From an uncultured Planctomycetota bacterium (lineage in GTDB: Bacteria; Planctomycetota; Planctomycetia; Gemmatales; Gemmataceae), in the NCBI GenBank assembly GCA_963849325.1, contig CAWKHF010000007.1, positions 64,001 to 128,000 of the forward strand: a DNA stretch of 64,000 bases, in the 5' to 3' direction. Position 1 is the first letter of the stretch. Every line of letters begins with the position of its first letter. The position numbers were made by a program, and so were the translations under genes. The notes beneath the pieces were generated by a model. The model was not told the DNA's origin, did not search any database, and saw nothing but the letters and a program-made list of their open reading frames with translations. Shown here piece by piece: positions 20,479 to 32,272 of the stretch.

Positions 20479-21111
20479 CTAGCGGGTGAGTCCGGCGGGA
20501 GGCGACGCCCGTGCGCCGTCCTTGCTCTCCACGTCCAGTTGCTCGATGAGTTCGGCGACTTCCTTGATCGCGGCATCAGGGCCGCTGATAAGGAGGCGAT
20601 TCGTTTGCATCAGGGACAGGATGCGGATGCCGTCGATGTCCAGTTCCTTGAGGATGTGGCCCATCGTGTCCGCACGAGCGTATTTCAGCTTGAACACCTG
20701 CAGGTTCTTGAGCTTGGGCATTGGTTTGCCGTCCGGCGGGTCCAGTACGGCGATGAGAGAGGCCGCCCACTGCAATTGCAAAGACAAACCGCGCATGACG
20801 ATCGACTGCGTGCGTTCATCAACCGTCAAACGATAACAATCGTCCGAATGTGTCCCAAGACCATTTGAGTACGTAGCTCTCGGCCCTGTGTTTCCCGGCG
20901 GACCCAGTAGTCCCTCCAGCGCTTGCCGCACTTCTTCCGGTTTGACGTGCTTGAGGCGGAAGACGCGGCTCTGTTTGGCCGACTGGGCTTTCTCCTTCGG
21001 CTTGGGCGAGACTTCCGCCGATGTCGCGTCGAAGGCCGGGGCCAGGGCCGCCAGCAGCAAGGTCCCGACCAGCAAGCGCTGCCACAATCGTTGCACGGTT
21101 CGCATCGGCAT
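20479..21111 (-). CDS. Secreted protein with two secretin-N (NolW-like) repeats and no secretin barrel
   Basis: Signal peptide; VFRLKH...DERTQSIVMRG...LIAVLD and VFKLKYA...TNRLLISG...LIEQLD. Confidence 0.75.
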   Translation of the reverse strand: MPMRTVQRLWQRLLVGTLLLAALAPAFDATSAEVSPKPKEKAQSAKQSRVFRLKHVKPEEVRQALEGLLGPPGNTGPRATYSNGLGTHSDDCYRLTVDERTQSIVMRGLSLQLQWAASLIAVLDPPDGKPMPKLKNLQVFKLKYARADTMGHILKELDIDGIRILSLMQTNRLLISGPDAAIKEVAELIEQLDVESKDGARASPPAGLTR

Positions 21112-21227
21112 ATCTCCTTCTTGGAGGGACCGGGGCCGCACCCCGGCGGTGGAGAGAATGGCGCCAACCAACAACATAACAACCCGGGGCATTTGCATCA
21201 AACGCGAATGGTCGCAGCCTGGCGGAG

Positions 21228-21521
21228 TCAGGCCGGAGAGGGGGCTGGCGTTCCCGGCGGGCTGGCTGGGGGAGTGAAAGGCGGCTGTCCCGCACCCAGC
21301 ATCTCCGCGCGCGTGACGTGCATGTACCAAACGACGGTCCAGCGATCAATGAGCGTATCCGTGGCGTCGGGGTCGAGCAGGCCGATGACCGCGAAGCGCC
21401 GGCCCGGTAGCACCACTTCTCGACTTCTCACGAGTACCGAGTTGCCATCGCTGAGCAGCAGGCGGAAAGGCACAAACGGCGTGGCGTTGAGCAGGGAGCG
21501 CATATCGTCGGCCGTAAACAT
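21228..21521 (-). CDS. Small hypothetical protein (PFxPFRLxLSDG motif)
   Basis: MFTADDMRSLLNATPFVPFRLLLSDG; GGAGG SD upstream. Confidence 0.7.
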   Translation of the reverse strand: MFTADDMRSLLNATPFVPFRLLLSDGNSVLVRSREVVLPGRRFAVIGLLDPDATDTLIDRWTVVWYMHVTRAEMLGAGQPPFTPPASPPGTPAPSPA

Positions 21522-21665
21522 ATCGCGAACCTCCTCCGTTTTCAGTTTAGCGAACGAGGATCGGCACGTCGATTCCCGCGCGATCCTTGGCTGTCTTTGT
21601 CCCTCCATGTATAGTAAACCGTTGATGGTCCCCAATATCCCGAGCGAGTTGGAGGTCTTGCGACC

Positions 21666-23420
21666 ATGGCCGAGACGAACGCGACACCGCTATCCGGAGC
21701 GACGATCCTGGTTCAGTGCTTGCTGAATCACGGTGTCGATGTCGTCTTCGCCTATCCCGGCGGCGCCAGCATGCCGATCCACCAGGCGTTGACGCAGGTG
21801 CAATCGCGGCTGCGCACCATCCTGCCGCGACACGAGCAGGGCGGCGGTTTCGCGGCCGAGGGATACGCGCGCAGTACCGGCAAGGTCGGCGTATGCGTGG
21901 CCACCAGCGGTCCCGGCGCCACCAACTTCGTCACCTGCCTGGCCGATGCCAAGATGGATTCGGTGCCGCTCGTCGCCATCACCGGACAGGTCGGCACCGC
22001 CGTCATCGGCACCGACGCCTTCCAGGAGACGCCCATCGTCGAGGTATGCCGGGCCGTCACCAAACACCATTATCTGGTGACGCGCACCGAGGATTTGCCG
22101 CGCGTCTTCAAGGAGGCGTTTCACATCGCCCGCACCGGCCGGCCCGGCCCGGTCCTCGTGGACGTGCCCAAGGACTTGCAGCAGCGCGAGATCGTCGTCG
22201 CCGACTGGGATCCGCCCATGAACCTGCCCGGCTACCGTCCCTACCGCCGGGCCACGCGGGCCGAGCTGGAGAAAGTCCTTGACCTCATCCGCCAGAGCCA
22301 GAAGCCGATCATCTACGCCGGCGGTGGCATCGTCAGCAGCGACGCCGCCGTGTATCTGCAAGCCTTCGCCGAGCGCACCGGCATCCCGGTGGCCCTGACG
22401 CTGCTGGGCCTGGGCGGTTTTCCCAGCGAGCATTTCCTGTGCGTGCAGATGCTGGGCATGCACGGCACCATCTACGCCAACTACGCCATCAACGACGCCG
22501 ACCTACTCTTGGCCCTGGGCGTCCGTTTCGACGACCGCGTCACCGGCAAGGTCAGCGAGTTCGCCAAGCACGGCAAGATCGTCCACATCGACATCGATCC
22601 GTCGGAGATCAACAAGAACAAGGTGGCCCACCTGCCCATCTTCGGCGACGTTTGCCACGCCCTGCAAGATCTGCTGAAGATCATGGACGAGCAGGGGTCG
22701 GCGGCGCCGGCCCGCGGCGGCCGCTACGCCGAGTGGATTCGGCAGATCGAGCACTGGCGCGAGACCGAGCCGCTGCGCTACGCCGACCGCGACGACGCCA
22801 TCCTGCCGCAGTACGCCATCGAGCGGATGTGGCAAATCCTCCACGAGCGCGGCCAGCTCGACAACACCATCGTCGCCACCGGCGTCGGCCAGCATCAGAT
22901 GTGGGCGGCGCAATATTTTCATTTCAATACGCCGCGGCACTGGCTCACCAGCGGCGGACTCGGCGCGATGGGCTTCGGCCTGCCCGCCGCCGTCGGGGCA
23001 CAAGCAGCCCATCCCGACAAGACCGTCATCGACATCGACGGCGACGGCAGCTTCCTCATGAACATTCAGGAGTTGGCCTGCGCTTTCACCGAGAAGCTGC
23101 CGGTCAAGGTGCTGCTGTTGAACAACCAGCACCTGGGCATGGTGGTGCAGTGGGAGGACCGCTTCCACGCCGGCAACCGGGCGCACACCTACCTCGGCGC
23201 CGGTCACGGCGAGGAGCCGTATCCCGATTTCGTGACGCTGGCCAAGGGCTTCCGCTGCGGCGCCAACCGCGTCCGCAACAAAGAGGACTTCGACGACGCC
23301 CTCAAGGAAATGCTCGACAGCAAGGGGCCGTACGTACTCGATGTCATGGTGCCCTATCAGGAACACGTTTTGCCGATGATCCCCAGCGGCCGCACGGTGC
23401 GCGACATCATCAAGGCATAA
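21666..23420 (+). CDS. ilvB: Acetolactate synthase large subunit (biosynthetic type)
   Basis: [58 protein letters not shown]. Confidence 0.97.
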   Translation: MAETNATPLSGATILVQCLLNHGVDVVFAYPGGASMPIHQALTQVQSRLRTILPRHEQGGGFAAEGYARSTGKVGVCVATSGPGATNFVTCLADAKMDSVPLVAITGQVGTAVIGTDAFQETPIVEVCRAVTKHHYLVTRTEDLPRVFKEAFHIARTGRPGPVLVDVPKDLQQREIVVADWDPPMNLPGYRPYRRATRAELEKVLDLIRQSQKPIIYAGGGIVSSDAAVYLQAFAERTGIPVALTLLGLGGFPSEHFLCVQMLGMHGTIYANYAINDADLLLALGVRFDDRVTGKVSEFAKHGKIVHIDIDPSEINKNKVAHLPIFGDVCHALQDLLKIMDEQGSAAPARGGRYAEWIRQIEHWRETEPLRYADRDDAILPQYAIERMWQILHERGQLDNTIVATGVGQHQMWAAQYFHFNTPRHWLTSGGLGAMGFGLPAAVGAQAAHPDKTVIDIDGDGSFLMNIQELACAFTEKLPVKVLLLNNQHLGMVVQWEDRFHAGNRAHTYLGAGHGEEPYPDFVTLAKGFRCGANRVRNKEDFDDALKEMLDSKGPYVLDVMVPYQEHVLPMIPSGRTVRDIIKA

Positions 23421-23481
23421 GCGCGGGTCCGACCTCCGCAAACCCGGGAAGGGAGGAGTTGTGGGACCCGCGAGGCCGGAA

Positions 23482-25354
23482 ATGTTGGAATCGCCCCCCT
23501 TACCGCCGGCGAAGGAATACGCTCGACGGCTGGAACAACGACGTCTGCCGCACTGTCCGACTGGCCCGACAGGAGCGGTTGGCCGGCAATTCTCGCGTCC
23601 TCGTTTTCCTGATCGGCGTGCTCGTCCTCTTGCTCGCGTTCGGGGCACATTACCTATCCGCTTGGTGGCTGGTACTGCCGGTCCTGATTTACTCCGCCTT
23701 GCTGGTCCACCACGAACGAGTGACACGGGCCTGGCACCGCTCGCGGCGGGCCGTCGCCTTTTACGAGAATGGCCTGGCCCGGCTGAGCGACGACTGGAAA
23801 GGACGCGGCCAGAACGGCGCTCGTTTCCGAGACGATACGCACCCCTACGCCGGCGACCTGGACCTGTTCGGCCCCGGTTCGCTGTTCGAGTTGCTGTGTA
23901 CGGCCCGCACACGCACCGGCGAGGACACCCTGGCCGCCTGGCTGCGCCAGGCCGCGTCGCCGTCGGAGGTCCGCGCTCGTCAGGCCGCCGTCGCCGAATT
24001 GCGTCCGCTGCTCGATCTGCGCGAAGACCTCGCCCTGCTGGGCGGCGACGTGCCGGCCGGCGTCGATTTCGACGGCCTGGCCGCATGGGGGGCCGGTTCC
24101 CCCGTGCTGACGGCGCGGTGGCCGCGCTGGGCGGCGCTGGCCGTCGGTCTGCTCACCACGACCGCCCTCCTCGGCTGGCTCCTGGCGCTGTTCGGCCTGC
24201 TCGATGGCAGCACCCTCTTCGGTCGTTTCTTCCTCCAGGCGCGTTCGCTGCCGTTCGCTATCCTGCTCGTCGTGCAACTGAGCTTCGCCGGCTGGCTGCA
24301 CAAGCGGGTCCATGCCGTGCTCGCTGCCGTTGAGCGCCGCGGCCGCGACCTCGCCCTGCTGTCGAGCGTGCTGGCCCGGCTGGAGCGTTCGACCTTCACG
24401 GCCCCGCGCCTGTGCGAGCTGCGCGCCGCCCTCGACACCTCTGCTCACCCCGGCGCCGGCCGGGCCGTGCCGCCGTCGGAGCGCATCGCCCAGCTGGGCA
24501 ACCTGCTCGATCTGCTCAATTCACGCCGCAATCAGTTGTTCTTGCCGCTGGCCTATCTGCTGATGTGGGGCACGCAGATGGCCCATGCCATCGAGTCGTG
24601 GCGCGGTATCGCCGGCCCGGCCATCGCCCGCTGGCTGGACGTCGTCGGCCAGTTCGAGGCCCTGTGTTCGCTGGCCGCCTACGCCTACGAGAACCCGGAC
24701 GATCCCTTTCCCGAGATCGTGACCGAGGGCGGTCCATGCTACGACGGCGAGCAGCTGGGCCATCCCCTGTTGCCGGAATCGCGCTGCGTGCGCAACGACC
24801 TGCACCTGACGGATGGCCTGCGTCTGCTAATCGTCAGCGGCTCGAACATGTCCGGCAAGAGCACGTTCCTGCGGACGGTGGGCATCAACGCCGTGCTGGC
24901 CCTGGCCGGTGCGCCGGTGCGCGCGCGGCGTCTGCGTCTCTCGCCCCTGGCCGTGGGCGCGACGCTGCGGATCCAAGATTCCCTTCAGGAAGGACGCTCA
25001 CGCTTCTACGCCGAGATCCTGCGCGTGCGGCAGATCGTGGACCTGACGCGCGGCTCGCTGCCGCTTTTGTTCCTGCTCGACGAGATTTTCGCCGGCACCA
25101 ACTCGCACGACCGCCGCCTCGGCGCCGAGGCCGTGGTCCGCGGACTGGTCGAATCCGGGGCGATGGGGCTGGTGACGACGCACGACCTGTCGCTGACGCA
25201 CATCGCCGAGCAGCTTGGCCCTCGCGCCGCCAACGTCCACTTCGCCGATCACTTCGACAACGGCGTCATGACCTTCGACTATCGGCTGCAAGCCGGCGTC
25301 GTTCAGCACAGCAACGCCCTGGCACTGATGCGGGCCGTGGGACTTGAGGTTTAG
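23482..25354 (+). CDS. MutS-related ATPase with N-terminal TM segments (frameshift near 23550)
   Basis: DLDLFGPGSLF, GHPLL, SGSNMSGKSTFLR, DSLQEGRSRFYAEI, LLDEIFAGTNS, TTHDL; no mismatch-binding domain. Confidence 0.88.
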
Positions 25355-26115
25355 ATCATGGTCCCCACCGTGCCAAGCAGTCGGCCCAGCAGGTTATCCT
25401 GCGGATAGCCGTGACCGAGATGCTGGCGAAAGGCCTCGGCGAAGGCGACGCCGGCCTGCCGGCCGCGCTCGGCGCACCAGTCGCGCATGGATTGCACGTA
25501 ATGATCCATGCCGTGATGCTTGAGCAGCCAGTCGCGCTGGCTGGCGTGGGCGGCGAGCATGGCGGCCTTCGTCTCCACCACGCCGCTGACGTCGATGCGG
25601 AAGGCCGGCTCCACGGGGCGTCCCAGGGCGTCCTTGCCCTCGATGGCATCGCAGTAATACAGGTGCGGGATGGAGGTGAGGACGGGCGGGTGGCCGTGGG
25701 CCGCGAAGAAGTTCGGGATCGGCGCGCCGAAGACGGCGGCCCGCACCAGAGTGGACGTCATCTCGTGGTCGAGCATGTAGTCGGCCGGGCTGTGCGTCAG
25801 GACCATGCGCGGCCGAACCGTGCGCAGCAGGCGGGTGATGCGCTCCAGCGGCCGCTCGTGATAGAAGATCAGCAGGTCGCGTTCTTCCAGGCAATGATAG
25901 GTGCCGCCAAGGACGGCGGCGGCGCGAGCGCCTTCCTCGCGGCGGATACGGGCGATGTCGTCCGGCCCGTGCTCGACCGAGCCGCAATCGCCGGGCGTCA
26001 TGCTGGCGATGTGGACTTGCCAGCCGTGTTCACGCGCCAGGCGGACCAGCGCGCCGGCGCACAGGAACTCGGCGTCGTCGGGGTGGGCCAGCACGCTCAG
26101 GACGACATCGGCCAT
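25351..26115 (-). CDS. PIG-L/LmbE family deacetylase
   Basis: AHPDDAE, RREEG, DYMLDH, HASQ, AEAF motifs. Confidence 0.92.
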   Translation of the reverse strand: MADVVLSVLAHPDDAEFLCAGALVRLAREHGWQVHIASMTPGDCGSVEHGPDDIARIRREEGARAAAVLGGTYHCLEERDLLIFYHERPLERITRLLRTVRPRMVLTHSPADYMLDHEMTSTLVRAAVFGAPIPNFFAAHGHPPVLTSIPHLYYCDAIEGKDALGRPVEPAFRIDVSGVVETKAAMLAAHASQRDWLLKHHGMDHYVQSMRDWCAERGRQAGVAFAEAFRQHLGHGYPQDNLLGRLLGTVGTMI

Positions 26116-26126
26116 GAAATTACCCT

Positions 26127-26182
26127 ATCCGAGCCTGAAGCGTAAGCGAAGGGCTTCCTTCGCTTACGCTTCAGGCTCGGAT
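26127..26182. repeat. REP-like palindrome, family A (CCGAGCCTGAAGCGTAAGCGAAGG)
   Basis: Perfect arms. Confidence 0.9.
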
Positions 26183-26191
26183 TTCGCCGGT

Positions 26192-28229
26192 TCACCGACT
26201 GGTTTGATTTGGATACAGCCGCTGGAGGATGCGCGTCCGCGTCGTCTCCTCGACCAGCGGAACGCCCTCGTCGTCGGAAATGTCAAACGGCCCGCCCAGG
26301 AGCGGGCTGTTCCAGTCGCCACGGATCACCGGCGACAACCAGGCGGCGAAACCGGCGGGGCAAACGCCCGTGCCGGGAGGGTTCAGCATCGGAACCAGCG
26401 CCAGGCGGGCCGCCTGCGCCTTGTAGCCGTTGCCGCCCAGTTCCGTGTACAAATCGACGTACTTCATCTGGATCTCGCAGGTCTGTTCCTGGATGAGGGA
26501 GTCGCGGCGGAAATCCTTGTTCTTGAGCAGAACTTTGTCGCGCCAGGCCCGCAACGCGCCGGGATCCTCGTATTTCTCCAGCGCTCGGATCGTCCGGTTC
26601 CTCAGACGCAGCGTCTCGGCCTCAAAGAACAGTTTGCGGGCGTGGACGGTCTCTTCCTTGGCCTCGACGAAGGCGCGATTGTAATGGTGAGCGAAGTGGC
26701 TCACCTGGCGGTAAAAGTCGTACCACTTCATGAATTGCCAGGCAAAGAACTCGGCGCGAGTCTCGGCGTCGAGTTCCTCCTCGCGCAGCGACGGCACCGG
26801 CGAAGTCGCGGTCAGGTTGTACTTGGCGGCGAAGACGCGGGCGCGCTGCTGCATGTTCTCCTGCTCGGACAGACCGCCGCTGAAAAGCAGGTGGTTGGCC
26901 TCGCCGTGCGTGCGCCACAACTCATAAGTTTTCTGCCAGGCTTCCAGCCCCCACTTGCGGCCGCCGCCGACGTTGGCCGGCTCGCCGTCGGCAAACTTAT
27001 CGCCCTGTTCGTGGAACCAGTCGGGAATGTCCCAGCCCGATTCGTCGTACCAGCCCTCGGCTTGCAGACGTTCGGCGCTGAAGCGCTGCGCCTGCGCCGG
27101 GTAATCGCGGAAGATGAGCGTCGTCATGTGGCGCGGCAGGCGCTGGCGGACGCGATCAACGATCGGCTGACTGTGGCCGGGCAGTTCGTCCGGCGGCGGC
27201 AGCGGCTCCAGCGAATAGCTGTACCACGCTCGCGAGATCTGGTAGATGTCGTCCTCGTCGCGCAGCTGCGAGTCGGTCGTCAGGGCGTTGGGGTCGAACA
27301 CCTGCTGCGGCGGCTTGGCCACGTGCGGCGGCGGCAGGACGGGGAAGCGTTCGGCCACCGGACGCAGCTTGTCCTGGCGCGGCTGCCACGAGCCGGGCGC
27401 CGACGGCAGGCTGTCCTCCCACAGCGACGGCACGCGGAAATTGTCGGCCAAAAACTGCACCACTTCCTCGGCCCGTCCACAGCGGAATTGCAGCAGGTTG
27501 GCGTGCCGCGTTTCCCATCGGATGCCCTCGCGCAGACGGCGCACCAACTGCGGATGCTTCTTGCAGAAGTCCTCGAACTCCTTGAGGTCCAGCTCCTGCC
27601 GGCCGCCGCGTACCACCTGGAACCGCGCCGGATCGCGTTCGTTGGGCGGGATCATGCTCAGCTGCGACAGCGAACGCAGCGTGTTCGTCTCGTCGCTCTG
27701 GCCGATCTTGTGCTGTCGAGAAGAAGCCGATCGACCAGCGGATGTCGGGGTTGTCGCGGTTCTGCCGTTCGCCCTCGGCCAGCAGCTGGATGCCGCGCGC
27801 GATGTAGAAGTACTTGTCGTTGATGCGGTCGGACTCCACCGACACGTTGTAGGACAGGTTCCAGCTCTGGAAGATCCAGGGCGTGATGAAGTGCGGCTGC
27901 AGCTTGGTCAGCGAGCGGACGTACAATTCCAGCTCGTTCCACTGGTTCTTCTTCTGCGAATCCATGGCGTTGACCCACAGCACGCAGGTGGCCACGCCGC
28001 GCGAGCCGATGGTGCTGAGGCGGACGATGGCCCCGGTCAGATCGACGTCGCCGCGGCTCTGCTCGCGGATGGCCAGGTCGCGGGCCTGGGCGTCCACGCC
28101 CTTGACGTCCATGCCGAAGGCGCGGAACTCGGCGTGACGCCAACTGTACGCCGCCGTGAACAGCACCAGGATCAGGCCCGCGTAGATCAGCTTGCGCTGC
28201 AACGCCTGCTGCTGGAAGGGACTCGCCAT
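26192..28229 (-). CDS. Membrane-anchored helical hypothetical protein associated with ABC transporter (frameshift near 27718)
   Basis: N-terminal TM; motif LQPHFITPWIFQSWNLSYNVS; long helical C-terminal region. Confidence 0.7.
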
Positions 28230-28246
28230 GATGGAGGCTCCACAGG

Positions 28247-28309
28247 CCGGCGAGCGGGGGGCGTCAGCCCCCTGTTGTCGAACAGGGGGCTGACGCCCCC
28301 GCTCGCCGG
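28247..28309. repeat. REP-like palindrome, family C (GAGCGGGGGGCGTCAGCCCCCTG)
   Basis: Related copy at 51534-51599. Confidence 0.9.
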
Positions 28310-28314
28310 GACGA

Positions 28315-30219
28315 TTACGTCGGCGCCGCGATTTCGCGCCACTTGATCAGGTAATAAGCCAGGACGACCCACGGCAGCAGATACAGGGCCAGCGTCCCGG
28401 CGTCGAGGAGCAGTTGCGTGGCCGTGATGTTGAAGCCCTCGCCGACGTAGCTGGTCAGGTCATAGCGGTCCACGTCGGGAATGAGTCCAGTCACGCGGCG
28501 GATGAACCAGCGGAAGATCGTGTCGGAACTGGTGGCCACCGTCTTGGCGGCGCTGTCCTCCAGCGGGATAAGGGCGACCTGCCGGTTGGCCAAACGCACC
28601 AGCGCTTCCATCGGGCCGCCGCCGGGGGCCGTGCCCAGGCCGATCGATTGCAGATAGCCCATGACTCCGCCGCCGAGGTACAACATGCCGGCCACCAACA
28701 TGCTGATGACTCCGCTGAGGTAGGTGCTCAGGGCCACCGACAGGCCGATCACCAGGCACAGACGCATCCACAGGCCGAACGCACCCTTGTAGAAGTTCCA
28801 GGTGAAGGCCGCCTTCTCGCTGCCGGCGTAGGGGTCGTCCTGCCGCAAGTAGAGGTCGTACTTGGCCATGCCGACATACTGCGTCGGACTACGGCACGGA
28901 CACGCGCACCTGCAAGGCGGGGAGCGGTCCACTCGGCGACGAACGGGTCGGGGCCGGCTGGTCCTGCAAGGCGTTGCGGAACAGGCCGGCCGGGATGTCG
29001 ATGTACTGCGTGTGATAGTCGGTGACGTCCTTGCCCGGCACCACGAAATAGCCGATACTTCTCGGCCAGCTGGTCGTCGATGTCGGCCTCGGAAGGCCGG
29101 CCCGGCTCGGCCAGGCGCTCGGTGCGTTCCTGGCTATACTGGTCCAGGCGGGACTTGTCGAAGTGGGCCGTCTGGAACTGGAAGCGGCACGTCAGGCCGC
29201 GGTTCTCGAAGCCCTTGGTGGTGCGGTAGATGTCGAAGGTGAATTCGCAGCGAATCGTTTTGCGGTCGGCCAGGGAGCGCGGCAGCGAAGCGAAGTTCCA
29301 GACGGCATAGGGCGTCGGCTGGTTGGGCGCGGCCGTGCTGATGTAGCTGCGATAGTCCCATTCGCGGCCGACGTTGGTGCCCTGGTGCTCGTTGCCGGTG
29401 TTCTCGAAGTGCAAGTCGCCGTAGAGCGGCTCGCGGGCCTTGAGGCTCTCGGCCGCCGCCGCCGGATCGATGCCGCGCAGCACGTAGACCACGCTCAGCG
29501 TTGTCATCAACAGCAGCACCAGCGTCATCAGGGCCGTGAAGCCGAGGAAGCGGCCCAGCAGGATCTCGAAGCGCTCGACCGGCTTGGTGATGATGGTGTG
29601 AATGGTCTGCTGGCGGATGTCGGTGGGGATGCTGAAGGCGGCGATGATGATGGCGGCAACCAGCAGCAGCAACGTCATCGCCCAGTAGACGACACCGACA
29701 TAGGTGCGCACCTGATCTTCCGGCTTGTGCGGGATGAACCAACTGCCGAACAGGAAGACCAGGAGCAGGAAGGAGAAGGCGTAGAGGACGCGGCTGCGGA
29801 TGGCCTCCTTGAAGCTCAGCTGGGTCAGCGCCCAGATGCGGCGGAAGCGCAGCGACGAGAAGTCCGACGACGAAGGGCAGCCCGGCGGCGACCAGGGCGC
29901 CGGCCCCGCCGACCGTCAGGCAAATGGCCGCGAACAGTTGCGGCCCGGTCCGAGTTGGTGGCCAGTACGGCGACGATCACGGCCGCCGAAGGCGAGCAAC
30001 GTAGCCGAGAGCGGACACGGCCACACCGGCGAGGAAAACCTTTTTTGCCAGGCCGGAATGCGTGCCCGGTCCACGCCGCGCATCCGCGTGTAACCGAGCA
30101 GCAGCCACAACAGCACGCCGAACGGCCGCCCACCCGCCCGCGTTCTGAATCCAGTAGACGATCCCGCCGGGAACGTCCTGCAGACGCAGCGGGTCGCGCT
30201 CGAAAACCATCGCAAACAT
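28315..30219 (-). CDS. ABC transporter permease with large extracytoplasmic domain (several frameshifts)
   Basis: Multiple TM segments; SIPTDIRQQTIHTIITKPVERFEILLGRFLG ABC-2 permease motif; C-terminal YYLIKWREIA. Confidence 0.8.
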
Positions 30220-30236
30220 GACAGGTCTCATCTCGA

Positions 30237-31213
30237 TTATCGGCGTTCCGTGATGCCCGTCGGGCCATCCGCATCGCCCGCGTCCTCGGGACGCTTGAAT
30301 CGATCGGTGCGAGGGACTTCCGGACCCGGCTGGAAGCGCCGGCCCGGATGCGCCTTGCTCTCCTCGACGATGCGCAGGAAGTAGTCTTCCAGCGTCGTCG
30401 TCGGATGGCCGATCGTATCCAGCTTGCCGCCGTGCTTGCGCAGCACCTCTTCGAGGTCGCGGCGCAGCTCGTCGGTCAGCTGCAGGTCGCTGGCCCGCAT
30501 CTCGACGCGCCGATGATCTTGCAGCAGCGTCTGCACTTCGCCGAAGGCCTGCAACTCGCCCTCGTTGAGGATGGCGATGCGGTCGCAAATGTCCTGCACG
30601 TCTTCCAGGCGATGGCTGCACATGATGACCGTCTTGCCCAGGTTGCGCAGGTCGAGGATGAGGTCCTTCATCCAGCGCGCCCCCAGCGGATCGAGGCCGG
30701 AGGTCGGCTCGTCGAGGATGACGAGGTCGGGGTCGTTGATGAGCGCCTGGGCCAGGCCGATGCGCTGCCGCATGCCCTTGGAGTATTCGCGGAGGATGCG
30801 CTTGCGGTCGGCCTTGAGGCCGACCTTCTCGATGAGTTCCTGGGCCTTGGTCTGCCGCTGTCCGGGCGGCATGTTGAAGAGCCGGCCGTAGAAGTCGAGC
30901 GTCTCCTCGGCGTTGAGGAAGCGGTAGAGGTACGATTCCTCGGGCAGATAGCCGATGCGTTCGTTCTTGCGCACGTCGGCGGCGGGCTGGCCGAAGACGA
31001 ACGCTTCGCCGTCGGTGGGGAAGAGCAGGCCGAGCAGCAGCTTGATGGTGGTGGTCTTGCCGGAGCCGTTGGGCCCGAGCAGGCCGAAGATTTCGCCCTG
31101 GCGGATCTCGAGGTTGAGGCGCGGAGGGCGGTCTTCTTCTGCCGGCCCCAGAAGTCGCGGTAGATCTTGGTCAGCTTGCGCGTTTCGACGATCACGTTGG
31201 GGGGCATGGCCAC
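30237..31213 (-). CDS. ABC transporter ATP-binding protein (frameshift near 31115)
   Basis: [35 protein letters not shown]. Confidence 0.95.
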
Positions 31214-31435
31214 CTCGTCAAGTCCGCCGGCGAGTCGGGTTCATCCGCTAGTACGCAGCCCGCGCCGGAAACGTTCGCGGCTTTCGTCCAACTTCTGTCG
31301 GCAGACGGGTCGGCGTCGCAAAGATTAGAAACACTGCCAATTTAGGGATCAGGGTGGGCAAATGCAAGCCGCTGGTGTTCTCTCTGTTTCGCCGCGACGC
31401 GCAGCGGAGTAAGATGCAGGGGAAAGGAGATTGCC

Positions 31436-31678
31436 ATGATCGAGTTGACCGAACAGCAGTGGCAGCAATTGAGAGCGACCGACACGTCCCGGATTCTGGA
31501 CCCGGCAACGGGGAAGACCTACGTCTTGGTGCCAACGGAGATCTATGAGCGGCTCAAAGGGTTCCTGGAAGATGAACCCGGAGTAACGGGTGAGATGGTG
31601 GACCGATTGATGGAGGAGGAGGACCGAGATGACCCCACCCTGGCGTTTTACCAACAGCAATACGGCCGCAAGTCATGA
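31436..31678 (+). CDS. Putative antitoxin
   Basis: 80-aa acidic protein overlapping (ATGA) the downstream PemK/MazF gene. Confidence 0.7.
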   Translation: MIELTEQQWQQLRATDTSRILDPATGKTYVLVPTEIYERLKGFLEDEPGVTGEMVDRLMEEEDRDDPTLAFYQQQYGRKS

Positions 31679-32022
31679 TTCAACGTTGTGACGTCGTCAT
31701 GGTCGAATTCCCCTACACGGATGCGGCACAGTCCAAGGTACGCCCGGCGGTCGTGGTGCTGAACGACCGGGACAACCAGCGGCTTCGCAAGACCGTTGTT
31801 GCCATGATTACGGGCAACCTGCGTCGCCGAGGGGATCCGAGTCATCTCTTCATTGATCCGGCCGTCGAACCATCCTCGGGCCTTCGCTTTCCCTCTCTGG
31901 TCTCCTGCAACAACCTCCTGACGGCGGAACAGATGGACATCCGGCAAACGATTGGCCACCTATCCGATGCCCTCAAGCAGCAACTCAATGCCTGCTTGAA
32001 AGCGGCTCTGGAGTTGCCTTGA
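31675..32022 (+). CDS. mazF: PemK/MazF family toxin
   Basis: RCDVVMVEFPYTD...KVRPAVVV, MIT, SGLRFPS, IGHLS. Confidence 0.9.
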   Translation: MIQRCDVVMVEFPYTDAAQSKVRPAVVVLNDRDNQRLRKTVVAMITGNLRRRGDPSHLFIDPAVEPSSGLRFPSLVSCNNLLTAEQMDIRQTIGHLSDALKQQLNACLKAALELP

Positions 32023-32030
32023 TTCGTGGG

Positions 32031-32243
32031 CTACGGCGGGCGAGTGAAGGTTTCGTCGTCAATGGAGCCAAAGGTTTTCTCAAAATATCCCGGCGGCCAG
32101 CCGCGCTCTTCCGGCGTGGTTGCGACGGTCTTGGGTTGCAAGACGACCACCACCTCGTATTCCGCTTCCGGCTGGCCTAGTGGGATGCGCAAGAATAGCG
32201 TCCCATCTTTTCCCGTCTTTTCCAGCACACGAATCGTTTGCAT
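32031..32243 (-). CDS. Orphan antitoxin-like protein
   Basis: MQTIRVLEKTGKDGTLFLRIP...GWPPGYFEKTFGS resembles antitoxins found upstream of PIN toxins; AGGAGGT SD. Confidence 0.6.
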   Translation of the reverse strand: MQTIRVLEKTGKDGTLFLRIPLGQPEAEYEVVVVLQPKTVATTPEERGWPPGYFEKTFGSIDDETFTRPP

Positions 32244-32272
32244 GGCACCACCTCCTTTTTCGGCTTCCTCAA

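Noticed and set aside
22439-25354. 971-aa MutS-like ORF overlapping ilvB
   Set aside because: The N-terminal part is an off-frame reading of ilvB; the real gene starts near 23482
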